Assembly (NCBI GenBank): GCA_050633305.1
Contig: JBOEGF010000011.1
Location: 171,944-235,943, forward strand
DNA: 64,000 nucleotides
Direction: 5' to 3'
Source: Nannocystales bacterium
GTDB lineage: Bacteria > Myxococcota_A > Polyangia > Nannocystales > Nannocystaceae
Shown: in pieces, positions 49,371 through 58,243 of the stretch
Position numbering within the stretch: position 1 is the stretch's first letter
Layout of the letters: each line of letters starts with the position of its first letter
Notes under the pieces: generated by a model
What the model was told of the DNA's origin: nothing
Seen by the model: the letters and a program-made list of their open reading frames with translations, nothing else
Databases searched by the model: none
Program-made: the position numbers and the translations under genes

Positions 49371-51407
49371 ATGGTTCGTGCGTCGCTTGCTCTCGTCATT
49401 CTCTCGCTGGTCCCAGCCTGTAAGACTCAGCCTCCCGAGGACCCGAGCACGACCACCTCATCCGGGCAGGCCCCAACCGTCAAGCCCGAGGTGGCCTCCG
49501 AGGTCTTGGCCAACATGGACCCCGGAACCAACCCTTGCGATGACTTCTATCGCTACGCATGCGGCGGATGGATCGATGCCACCGAGCTGCCGGCCGACCA
49601 ACCTCGTTACGGTCGTTTTCAATCCCTCCAGGAGCGCAATCAAAACGCGCTACGGACGATTCTCGAGGGCGATGAAGGCAAGTTGGGCACCTTCTACGAC
49701 GCGTGCATGGACGAGGCCGCGGTCGAGGCAGCCGGCTTGGAGGGGCTCGCGCCGACGATGGCGGTCATCTCCAAAATGAAGCTCGGCGAGCTCCCGTCGG
49801 TGGTTGGAAAGATGCGCAAGCTCGGCGTGCCGGCGCTGCTGAGCTTCGATGTCGGCCCGGACCTCAAGGACCCCTCGGCAAACATCGGCCACCTGTCCCA
49901 AGGAGGCCTGGGACTCCCCGACCGTGACTTCTACGTGAAGGACGACGCCCAGTCCGTCGCGCTTCGTGAGGCGTATCAGGCCCACGTGGCGACCATGCTT
50001 GCTGCGGCGGGAATGAAGGGGGATGCGGCCAAACGTGTGCTCGAGTTTGAGACCGCGCTCGCGCAGGCAACCAAGCCCCGAGACCAGATGCGGGACCCCG
50101 CCAAACAGTACAACCGAATCTCGCGGGAGCAGCTCTCGGCACTCACGCCCGGGTTCGATTGGGCGCCGTTCTTCACGGAGCTTGGGCTCGCCGACGCAGA
50201 CGCGCTCAACGTCTACCCGCCGGAGTTCTTCACCGCGATGGCCTCGGCTGTGAAGTCCGGCGGCGTCAAGACGGTGAAGGCGTACTTGACCTGGCACGTC
50301 GTGCACCGCTTTGCTGCCGAGCTCCCCAAGGCGTTCGCGGATGCGGATTTCGAGTTCTACCGCAAGACTCTACGGGGCCAGCTCGAGCCTTCTCCACGCT
50401 GGAAGGGCTGTGTGGCGGCCAGCGATCGGGCGTTGCGCGACGAACTCGGACAACGATACGTGGCCGAGAACTTCGCTGGAGATAGCAAGAGCGTCGCGAT
50501 CGAGATGATCACGGGTATCGAGGCCGCTTTCGAGGCCGGGCTCCCAGGTTTGTCCTGGATGGATGATGAAACCCGGGGGCGTGCGGTCGAGAAGATGACC
50601 GCCATCGTCAACAAGATCGGGTATCCGCAGGACTGGCGGAACTACGACGAGCTCGACATCGGAGCGGGCCACCTGGTCAACGTCGTGCAGGCGGCACAGT
50701 TCGACGCTGCTCGCCAGCTCGCCGAGTACGGGAAGCCGGTCAACAAGCTCGAGTGGCACATGAGCCCGCCGACGGTGAACGCGTACTACAACCCTCCGTA
50801 CAACGAGATGGTGTTCCCCGCCGGCATCCTCCAACAGCCGTTCTTCTCGGCCGACTACCCGATGACGATGAACTTCGGTGGCATCGGGATGGTCATGGGA
50901 CACGAGTTGACCCACGGGTTCGACGACCAGGGCCGCAAGTTCGACGGGCACGGTTCGTTGACCGAATGGTGGAACCCCGGCGCGGTCAACAAGTTCGAAG
51001 AGCGCACCCAGTGCGTCGATGAACTCTACAGCGGGTACGAGGTGCTTCCGGGCGTCACGCTCAACGGTCAACTGACCATGGGGGAGAACATCGCGGACTT
51101 TGGCGGCATCAAGCAGGCTCACCGGGCGTACCTGGCGTGGGCAGAGGCCAACGGGGAAGACCCCCACGCCACGGCGATCGAGGGCCTGACCGCGGAGCAA
51201 CTCATGTTCGTCTCGTTCGGCCAGATCTGGTGCAGCAAGTCGACGCCCGAGGTGGACAAGGTACGCGCGATGACCGACCCGCACTCGCACCCGCGCTACC
51301 GCATCAACGGACCGCTCTCGAACCTTCCGGGCTTCTGGGATGCGTTCGCGTGTGAAGAGGGCGCGGCGATGCACCCCCCGGCGGACCAGGTCTGCGAAGT
51401 CTGGTAG
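49371..51407 (+). CDS. M13 family (neprilysin/PepO-like) zinc metallopeptidase, lipoprotein
   Basis: VPAC lipobox; PCDDFYRYACGGW, VNAYY, GHELTHGFD, GENIAD. Confidence 0.95.
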   Translation: MVRASLALVILSLVPACKTQPPEDPSTTTSSGQAPTVKPEVASEVLANMDPGTNPCDDFYRYACGGWIDATELPADQPRYGRFQSLQERNQNALRTILEGDEGKLGTFYDACMDEAAVEAAGLEGLAPTMAVISKMKLGELPSVVGKMRKLGVPALLSFDVGPDLKDPSANIGHLSQGGLGLPDRDFYVKDDAQSVALREAYQAHVATMLAAAGMKGDAAKRVLEFETALAQATKPRDQMRDPAKQYNRISREQLSALTPGFDWAPFFTELGLADADALNVYPPEFFTAMASAVKSGGVKTVKAYLTWHVVHRFAAELPKAFADADFEFYRKTLRGQLEPSPRWKGCVAASDRALRDELGQRYVAENFAGDSKSVAIEMITGIEAAFEAGLPGLSWMDDETRGRAVEKMTAIVNKIGYPQDWRNYDELDIGAGHLVNVVQAAQFDAARQLAEYGKPVNKLEWHMSPPTVNAYYNPPYNEMVFPAGILQQPFFSADYPMTMNFGGIGMVMGHELTHGFDDQGRKFDGHGSLTEWWNPGAVNKFEERTQCVDELYSGYEVLPGVTLNGQLTMGENIADFGGIKQAHRAYLAWAEANGEDPHATAIEGLTAEQLMFVSFGQIWCSKSTPEVDKVRAMTDPHSHPRYRINGPLSNLPGFWDAFACEEGAAMHPPADQVCEVW

Positions 51408-51427
51408 CCGCTCGACGACCTCGCATG

Positions 51428-51465
51428 AAAAAGGCGCCCACGGCTTTGGCCGGGGCGCCTTTGTT
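51428..51465. terminator. Bidirectional intrinsic terminator
   Basis: AAAGGCGCCC...GGGCGCCTTT inverted repeat with A/T tails between convergent genes. Confidence 0.8.
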
Positions 51466-51487
51466 GCGTCCGATGGGCGCAGTGGGC

Positions 51488-53950
51488 TCAGCCGCCTGAA
51501 CCGTCGTCGTCGCCGACCGTCGGAGCACTGGGTCCACCGCGGTCTCCCACGATGGTCTGCACTTCGAGGTTCGGGTCTGCCGCAATCGCCTCCTCGGAGA
51601 AGAGAATGTCGCGCCAACTCTTCTCGGAGAAGAGGAGGGTTTGGTCGGTGTGGTGTGGGCTGGCCGGGTCTTCGGACTGCCCGTAGGTCAGGAACGCCTG
51701 CGCGTGCGGCCCCTCGTCGGTGAACTCCAGCGCCATGATGAAGCTGGTGCCGTAGTTGACCACGTACCCCTCGGTGGTCAGGGCGGTGTCGGCATTGATG
51801 ACCTCGCCGCGCTCCAGCGGTGGTGCCATCGTCGTCTTGAGCACCCGGTACTGGATCAGGTTGGTCGTACCCTCGCGCCGTCCGCCACCGTGAATCGGGA
51901 TTGCAGTGCCGCCCCGGCGGGTGAACTGGGCCTCACGAAGTGTGCTGCTGGGGGTGAGTCCGGCTTGGGCGAGCCGGTCGATGGAGCCCGCCAGGGCCTC
52001 GAGGATGCGGTCATCGGCCGGGTCCTGTGGGGCGTCTGAGAGGGTGTTGGGGGTGGCGATGGGATCGGCCGGGTCGAAGTCGTTGGCCCACACATCGCGG
52101 CCTTCTTTGAGAACGTCGAGGGTTGAGAAATCTCCGACGAACTCGCGCCAGACCAAGGCGCCAGGTGCATCGAGGTCCAGCCTCAGGTTCCAGCCCTTGA
52201 GCGCTGCGCAGGCGCTGGAGAGGTCTGCTTCGGCGTACATCGGGTTGGCCTCACACCGTTCGACGACCGCGTCACGTAGAAGCTCTGCGGTCATGCCCCG
52301 GTTGCTCAGTACCGCGGCCTGAAGTTCCTCGAAGGTGAACAGTCCGTCGGCTCCCGAAGCGCCGTTTTCGGACATCTCGGTGAGGAGGGTCGCGTTCATT
52401 CGGGTGCGCGGCGTCCGGGCGGTGCCCTCGCGGCCGTGCATGGGCGAGTAGCCCGTCAGCGGCGCATCTGGGTTGGTCAGCCAGTGGGAGTCGTTCGCGT
52501 TGAAGATGAAGTCGGGACGCTCGATCTGCGGGACCGCGGAAAACGGCACGAGGCCGGGGTCGCGGGCGCCTTCCGCCACGACCCACTCGTTCGCGGATGT
52601 GGTCCCGTCGAGCGCGACGGCACCGATCGTCTTCACGCCGTTGATCGCGAATGCGAGCAATGGGTCGGTGCCGGCGGCAGCGGGATCCTCCCACGCTTCG
52701 ATCGCGGCTTCGCTCAGGTTCGGGGTTGGTGTCGTGTCGGCGTACCACGCCACGCCCTCCGCGCTGGCGGACATCGTGTTGACCCACGGGATCCCCTGGT
52801 TGTCCGCGTGCGCCTTCTTGAAGGCATCCAGGCTGTCGGCCAGGTTCATGTCGTGAAACTGGGAGATCAACGTGGAGTTGAGCTCGTTGGCGTCGCGGAA
52901 GGTCAGGGTCGAATCAGCGGTCCAGCCGCCCAGGTCGCCGATCGACAGGATCGGCCCCCACTTGCTCGACCACATCGTGCGACTGCGCTGGACCGTCTGT
53001 CCGTTCTCGAGAACATCGATGGTGATGTCCGCCGAGGTCATGTCCATCATTTCCCCGTCGTATTCGTACCGGGTCGGGTCGCTCGGATCGAGCTTGAGCG
53101 CGTACATTGTGAACCGCTGCCCGGCGGAGACCGTGTGTGTCCAACCCATGGCTTCGTTGAACCCGATCAGCACGCCCGCGACACCCATGAGCGACGCGCC
53201 GTAGACGTTCATCTCCCCGGGGACGGTCAGGTGGCTCTCGTAGAGCTTGAGTTCGCCCTCCCACGGGAAGTGCGGGTTTGCGAAGAGCATGCCGTTGCCA
53301 TTCGCGCTCCGGTCCGCGCCGATTCCCCAGCCGTTCGAGCCGATGCCCAAGTCGTCGAAGTTGGGGAGCGGAGCATCCGAGGGGGCGAGGCCCGCACCGG
53401 GAGGTTGCGCGCGTGCGATGAAGCTGTGCAGTTGTCGCGATCCGGCCAGCGTCGCGATCTCGACGTAGTGCGACATCAGGTCTTCGGGGGAGATCGAGCG
53501 AAGCCAGGGCTCACCGCCGCAAGGCATCGTGTCCCCGGACTCGGCGAGGTAGGCGTTGTAGCCGTCGACGTACCCTTGGACGAGGCCGCGAATGTTCTCG
53601 GGCTGCCGCTCCCACGCGGTCTGCCCCTTCTCGACGAACTGCAGGGACCGGTGGGTGAAGTCGCTGTCGACGTTGGCGTCGTCCTCACCGGGTCCGAAGA
53701 ATGCCGCTCGCTCGCCGCGAAGCTTGAGCACCTGGTCGGCGAGGATGCAGCCGTTGAGCGAAGCGAACGCGTAGCCTTGCCCGAACGCTGCGCTGGGAAT
53801 GTCGTCGGCGAGAATGTGGGGCACGCCGTACGAGGTCCAGCGGATCTCGGCGTTGTAGTCGTGGGCGGGTTCGGAGTCCTTGTCTGACTCGCTGCAGGCC
53901 GTCAGGCCGACGCCCGCGAGCAGCACCAAACCAAGCGTTCGCGCGTTCAT
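51488..53950 (-). CDS. Penicillin acylase family Ntn-hydrolase (AHL-acylase/PvdQ/AAC-like), lipoprotein
   Basis: LTAC lipobox; IRWTSYGVPHI, G/SNGWGIG (beta-chain Ser), ANPHFPW, PWVNT, YGQS. Confidence 0.9.
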   Translation of the reverse strand: MNARTLGLVLLAGVGLTACSESDKDSEPAHDYNAEIRWTSYGVPHILADDIPSAAFGQGYAFASLNGCILADQVLKLRGERAAFFGPGEDDANVDSDFTHRSLQFVEKGQTAWERQPENIRGLVQGYVDGYNAYLAESGDTMPCGGEPWLRSISPEDLMSHYVEIATLAGSRQLHSFIARAQPPGAGLAPSDAPLPNFDDLGIGSNGWGIGADRSANGNGMLFANPHFPWEGELKLYESHLTVPGEMNVYGASLMGVAGVLIGFNEAMGWTHTVSAGQRFTMYALKLDPSDPTRYEYDGEMMDMTSADITIDVLENGQTVQRSRTMWSSKWGPILSIGDLGGWTADSTLTFRDANELNSTLISQFHDMNLADSLDAFKKAHADNQGIPWVNTMSASAEGVAWYADTTPTPNLSEAAIEAWEDPAAAGTDPLLAFAINGVKTIGAVALDGTTSANEWVVAEGARDPGLVPFSAVPQIERPDFIFNANDSHWLTNPDAPLTGYSPMHGREGTARTPRTRMNATLLTEMSENGASGADGLFTFEELQAAVLSNRGMTAELLRDAVVERCEANPMYAEADLSSACAALKGWNLRLDLDAPGALVWREFVGDFSTLDVLKEGRDVWANDFDPADPIATPNTLSDAPQDPADDRILEALAGSIDRLAQAGLTPSSTLREAQFTRRGGTAIPIHGGGRREGTTNLIQYRVLKTTMAPPLERGEVINADTALTTEGYVVNYGTSFIMALEFTDEGPHAQAFLTYGQSEDPASPHHTDQTLLFSEKSWRDILFSEEAIAADPNLEVQTIVGDRGGPSAPTVGDDDGSGG

Positions 53951-54028
53951 GCTGACACGGTATGCCGCGCCGGATTGAGGGGTCAATCGCCTGCGCTGGA
54001 GACAACCTGGTCCACAAGGGGCGCTCGC

Positions 54029-55363
54029 TCACTCGGTCGAGTTGAGCTCGATCTCGCCGGTCATGTCGACAACCTGCGTGCCGCCCGGGATACCGCCGCT
54101 CGCACCGCCTACGGTCTCTGTGGGCACGGCAAGGGCGGAGCGGGCCTTGGCGAGGTCGGAGCGGGCACCCCGGACTTGGCCCGCGAGCGCCTGGGTGAAG
54201 CTCCGGAGCAATTTCACGGCCAGCGGGAGCTCCTTTCGCAGGATCTGCTCGAACTCACGGCGGCTGATTCGCAGCGCCTTGCCGGTCTCAGTCACCAGCG
54301 CGGAGGCGTCGTGTGTGGTGTCGTCGATCAGGCCCATCTCGCCGAGGTGATCGCCGGGGCCGAGCTCGGCGACGGTGACGCCGCCCGAGACGAGTTTCAC
54401 GGCGCCGCGGAGGATCACGTACATGTTCCGGCTGACGTCGGCTTCCTCGAACAGCATCTCTCCGGCACTCAGGGAGCGCAGGTTGGCCAGGTTCATGATG
54501 CGGACGAGCTGCTGGTAGCTCAGGTCTTGAAACAGCGGAACTTGCTTGAGCGTGTCGAGGGTGAAGTTGATCTCGGCCGCCCGCTCATGTTCCGCGTCGT
54601 CGCCGACGGTCTGCACCACCACGGCGGTGATGTTGTCTTTGCCACCGCGGGTGTTGGCCGTCTCGATCAGCTGACCGGGAATCTCCTGAACCTCGGGAAG
54701 CCCGATAGCGTTGGAGATGTCGTTCTCGTGCAGGTACTCGTACAACCCGTCGCTGCACAGGAGGAACGAGTCGCCGGCCATGATGTCGAAGTCGAGTGTG
54801 TCGACTTCGACCGACTCGTACACGCCGACCGCTCGGGTCATGGCGTTCTTCATCTTCGCGTAGGGGCTCGACTCGAAATCTTCCTCGCTGATCTTGCCCA
54901 TGCGGATCAGCTCGTTGCGGAGACTGTGATCCTCGGTGAGCTGGTACACGACGCCGCCGCGAAGCAGGTAGATTCGCGAGTCTCCGACGTAGGCGATGAA
55001 GCCGCGAGAGCCGACGACGAACAGCACCACGATGGTGGTCCCCATGCCCCGTTTCTCCGGTTCGACGGCCGCCTTCTGGAAGACCGCTTGGCAGGCCCGG
55101 TGGACCGCGTACTCGAGCAGCGTGCAGACCTCGACATGGGATCGGGGGTCGCTGTCGTCGTAGTTCTCGAGGATGTCGCGCTCGCCAGCGACGACCTCGC
55201 GGACGGTGTGGACCGCCATCGCGCTAGCGATCTCGCCCGACGCGTGGCCGCCCATGCCATCGGCCACGACAAACAGGCGCAGGTCCTTGTCGATGAGGTA
55301 GTTGTCCTCGTTTTCGGCCCGCTTGCGACCAACGTCCGTCCCCGCCCAGTACTGGATGTCCAT
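54029..55363 (-). CDS. PP2C/Stp1-family protein phosphatase fused to a C-terminal cyclic-nucleotide-binding domain
   Basis: TDVGRKRAENED, VADGMGG, VGDSR, LCSDGL, GGKDNIT; then LKQVPLF...LF.E...MYVILRG...GDHLGEM. Confidence 0.9.
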   Translation of the reverse strand: MDIQYWAGTDVGRKRAENEDNYLIDKDLRLFVVADGMGGHASGEIASAMAVHTVREVVAGERDILENYDDSDPRSHVEVCTLLEYAVHRACQAVFQKAAVEPEKRGMGTTIVVLFVVGSRGFIAYVGDSRIYLLRGGVVYQLTEDHSLRNELIRMGKISEEDFESSPYAKMKNAMTRAVGVYESVEVDTLDFDIMAGDSFLLCSDGLYEYLHENDISNAIGLPEVQEIPGQLIETANTRGGKDNITAVVVQTVGDDAEHERAAEINFTLDTLKQVPLFQDLSYQQLVRIMNLANLRSLSAGEMLFEEADVSRNMYVILRGAVKLVSGGVTVAELGPGDHLGEMGLIDDTTHDASALVTETGKALRISRREFEQILRKELPLAVKLLRSFTQALAGQVRGARSDLAKARSALAVPTETVGGASGGIPGGTQVVDMTGEIELNSTE

Positions 55364-55486
55364 CGCAGCTCGTTTGTCCCTCAGGCCGGAGCGAAGGACA
55401 AGGGCTACATGCCGCGAGTTCCTCGACACGGGCCCACGGCTTCTGCCGTTGCTGCGCCTTCGCTCAGCCCGCGCTGGCGGTGTGCG

Positions 55487-56665
55487 CTAGAGGTCGTCGA
55501 TTGCAGGGGTGAGGAGGGGGGCCAGGGGCCGGCGCGAGGCATCGAGCCTGTCCAACGACTTGCCGAGGCCTTCGAGATCGCCGCGGGTCACCGGGACACC
55601 ATCGAGCCACCCGCCATCGGGCAGCGCCTCTTCGTGTTCCACGGGATCGAGGTCACAGGGGGGGTCGGGCGTGGTGCTGTCGAGCGCAGCCAGAAGCGGG
55701 TCTGTCGCGGGATCTGAGAACCGCGTCGCGGGGTCGCGCGAGAGGTACTGAAGGTACGCGGGCATCAGCCCGAGCGCCTCAGCCTTGCAGATCCGCTGCC
55801 GGAGCCCGTGCTCGAGCCCGAGTCCGCGAGCGACCACATAAACGGACACCTCGGCAGGGTGGGCGCGTCGGTGGGCGAGGACGGGCGGCAGCAGGGTGAA
55901 CAACGCAGGGTCGTCTTCCCCGCGAACCAGCAGCGTGAACACGTGGCGCAGGCCAGGTCCTCCAAGGGCGGCGCTGCGGACATCGGGGCGCAACAGTCGA
56001 GGGCTCGAAGCTTTGGCGGGCGGGACTCCCGGAGCGGGCCGCTCGGCGGCGGTTCGGGCTCTGGAGCGACGTCGAGCCAACACCGGCCGCAGGCGGTCAA
56101 GCAGTCCGCTGTCCTCGAACGTGAGGTCGTCGACGACGAACACCGGGAGCCGAAAAACCGCGGTCCCGCGAGCGGCCATGCGGGCCGCAACGTCGCGGCG
56201 CGTCGCATCCATCTGAGCATCGTGGCAGCGTCGGTTCGCCAGTTGGTCGAGCGTTCCACCGTCGATGCCGAGCTCTTGAGCCAGTTGCGCGCGCCCATGG
56301 GCGGTGCCCAGACGGACGTAGACACGGTCGACACCATCCCGTCGAACCGCCCTCAGCGCACCCATCATGTGTCCCGCGCTGGACATCGCAGCGATCCAGA
56401 TCCGAACCCGGTCCGCCCGCGGGTCGAGCCGCACCCCCAAGTGGGTCCAATGCAGCGTCACCCCGACGTCCTCCGGGCGTTCTCCCACCAAGCGCCGCAG
56501 TTCGAGGACCGTGCCCAGGGCTGCGCTGGAGGTGGGGTCGACGTGCGCACGGAGCTGGGTCGGCGCCGCGGCGTGGCCCAGGCGAACCGACGCATCGGCG
56601 CATCCTTCGGCGGTGGGGGGGGCCCACAGTGCGAGTGCGAGGAGGGAAGCGAGCACGAGCTGCAC
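55487..56665 (-). CDS. Exported protein with degenerate DsbA/thioredoxin-like fold (no CxxC)
   Basis: Signal peptide; LGHAAAPTQLRAHVDP and FRLPVFVVD resemble DsbA G..AP.T...F.D and TP.F.IN; start inferred. Confidence 0.5.
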   Translation of the reverse strand: MQLVLASLLALALWAPPTAEGCADASVRLGHAAAPTQLRAHVDPTSSAALGTVLELRRLVGERPEDVGVTLHWTHLGVRLDPRADRVRIWIAAMSSAGHMMGALRAVRRDGVDRVYVRLGTAHGRAQLAQELGIDGGTLDQLANRRCHDAQMDATRRDVAARMAARGTAVFRLPVFVVDDLTFEDSGLLDRLRPVLARRRSRARTAAERPAPGVPPAKASSPRLLRPDVRSAALGGPGLRHVFTLLVRGEDDPALFTLLPPVLAHRRAHPAEVSVYVVARGLGLEHGLRQRICKAEALGLMPAYLQYLSRDPATRFSDPATDPLLAALDSTTPDPPCDLDPVEHEEALPDGGWLDGVPVTRGDLEGLGKSLDRLDASRRPLAPLLTPAIDDL

Positions 56666-56687
56666 CGCCAGTGTACCCTGCGACGCG

Positions 56688-57404
56688 ATGGTGCCAACGG
56701 GGCAAACCGTGGTGGCGGCGTTGTTGGCTTTGGGCCTCGCCCGCGGACCTTCCGAGAGTCCGGCGCCGGGCCCCGCACAGACCGCAGCCGACTCGGCGGG
56801 CTCCCCCGACGCGGCGGCGGAGCCCGAACCTTCGAGCCTCGGCGAGGCTGAGATGCCCGCGGAGTCGGACGTTCCCGCAGAGCCGGATGCGCCCGCGGAG
56901 TCGGATGCTCCCGACGAGCCCGCGGCCCCAAGCACGGAAAAGATGCCCGCAGCATCGGCCTCCGAGGCACCCGCGGCCGATCCGCTCGAGGAGCCCGACG
57001 TGGAGGGTTCTGAGGATGACGACGCGTGGGACGAGGATGACGACGCTTGGGACGGGGAGGACGAGGCGTGGGACGACGACTACGATCCTCTCCGTGACTC
57101 CCCGGAAGCCGTCGCCTCGCAGCGTCGCATTGCGGGCGGTGCAGTCGTGGTCGGCCTGGGGGCGATGGTCTCGTTGGGTGGGCTCGCGATGGCCGTGTCC
57201 GACCCGTGTGCCCGTCCAGCGGGCAACAGTTGCTCGCCGGCGTCACGGAACCGGGCCGCGCTCACGATGGCGTTGCCGGGGCTCGCGACCGTCGCGGTCG
57301 GAGGGGTGATGCTCGCGTTGGGGATCCGCCAGCGACGGGCGCTCCGCGTAGACGCGAATCTCAACGCCTCCGGAGCTGGCGTGACGTTCCGCGGTCGATT
57401 CTGA
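56688..57404 (+). CDS. Hypothetical exported protein with acidic linker and C-terminal hydrophobic hairpin ending in GRF
   Basis: Signal peptide, acidic repeats, two hydrophobic helices, terminal GVTFRGRF. Confidence 0.65.
   Translation: MVPTGQTVVAALLALGLARGPSESPAPGPAQTAADSAGSPDAAAEPEPSSLGEAEMPAESDVPAEPDAPAESDAPDEPAAPSTEKMPAASASEAPAADPLEEPDVEGSEDDDAWDEDDDAWDGEDEAWDDDYDPLRDSPEAVASQRRIAGGAVVVGLGAMVSLGGLAMAVSDPCARPAGNSCSPASRNRAALTMALPGLATVAVGGVMLALGIRQRRALRVDANLNASGAGVTFRGRF
57012..57074 (+). repeat. 21-bp tandem repeat (x3) encoding EDDDAWD-like units
   Basis: GAGGATGACGACGCGTGGGAC, GAGGATGACGACGCTTGGGAC, GGGGAGGACGAGGCGTGGGAC. Confidence 0.75.
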
Positions 57405-57415
57405 CCCGCACAGAC

Positions 57416-58243
57416 TCAGCGCCTTCGACGAGTTCGACGCTCTCGTAGGTGCAGTCCGAGCGCGGTCGCTGCCAACGCGAGCGTCGCCCCGCCGAGTCCA
57501 GCGGCTGTGAACGCGAGCGGAGGTCCGATTCGGTCGCGTCGCAAGAGGGCCGCTGCAGCGACGGTCCCCGCGGTCCCGGCTCCAAACGCAACGGTGGTCG
57601 CCAGGACTCCGGTCAAAGCGGGGTTCGGGGCGGGAAGCGGGGCAGGGCGGTCGACGGCCCGCAGCTCGACGTGGCGAAGCTCCCCGCCCTGAAGCTCGAG
57701 GTCGACGACCTGGGCGTCGACCTCGATTCGAAGTGGGCCTGGAGAGCGCACGAAGACGACGCCCGGCTTTGCTGCGGATCCATCGATCCGAACCACCTGT
57801 CCCTCGGTGGCATGGATCTGAAGTCGCGCAACTGCGGGGGAGATTCGGGCGAGTTGGAACTCGATCTCCGTCAGCCGCTCGGGGTCGTCGGTTTCGTCGC
57901 GGAGGCGCGAGAAGGTGTGCCACGCGTCGATGTCCTGTCCGGCACGGGCTTGGGCGAGACCGAGGTTGTACGCCGTGTAGGGGTGCGGGAGCAGTTCCTG
58001 TGCGCGTGCGAACTGCTCGACCGCCTGAGAAAAGTCTTGTTCGGCGAACGCACGCTCCCCGGCCGCGAAGGCTTCGGCGGCCTCGTCCCGGGTGGGGTCC
58101 GGCTCTTGGAGGGAGCGCCAAACCTGGGGCGAAGGGACGGCTGCACTGGCAGGGAGTGTCGCCATGAACACCGCCAGACAGACCGCGGTGTGGAAGGGGC
58201 GCGTGACGACACCCAGGGCGAGGCCCGAACGGATGCTTCTCAT
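57416..58243 (-). CDS. TPR + PEGA-like exported protein (kinase-coupled)
   Basis: AFAAGERAF...AVEQFARAQELLPHP..AYNLGLAQ TPR; VRIDG PEGA-like; ATGA overlap with the kinase gene. Confidence 0.75.
   Translation of the reverse strand: MRSIRSGLALGVVTRPFHTAVCLAVFMATLPASAAVPSPQVWRSLQEPDPTRDEAAEAFAAGERAFAEQDFSQAVEQFARAQELLPHPYTAYNLGLAQARAGQDIDAWHTFSRLRDETDDPERLTEIEFQLARISPAVARLQIHATEGQVVRIDGSAAKPGVVFVRSPGPLRIEVDAQVVDLELQGGELRHVELRAVDRPAPLPAPNPALTGVLATTVAFGAGTAGTVAAAALLRRDRIGPPLAFTAAGLGGATLALAATALGLHLRERRTRRRR

Noticed and set aside
53975..55717. 580-aa plus-strand ORF, representative of many overlapping Arg/Pro-rich alternative-frame ORFs
   Set aside because: Antisense or frame shadows of recognised genes in high-GC DNA, with no motifs of their own
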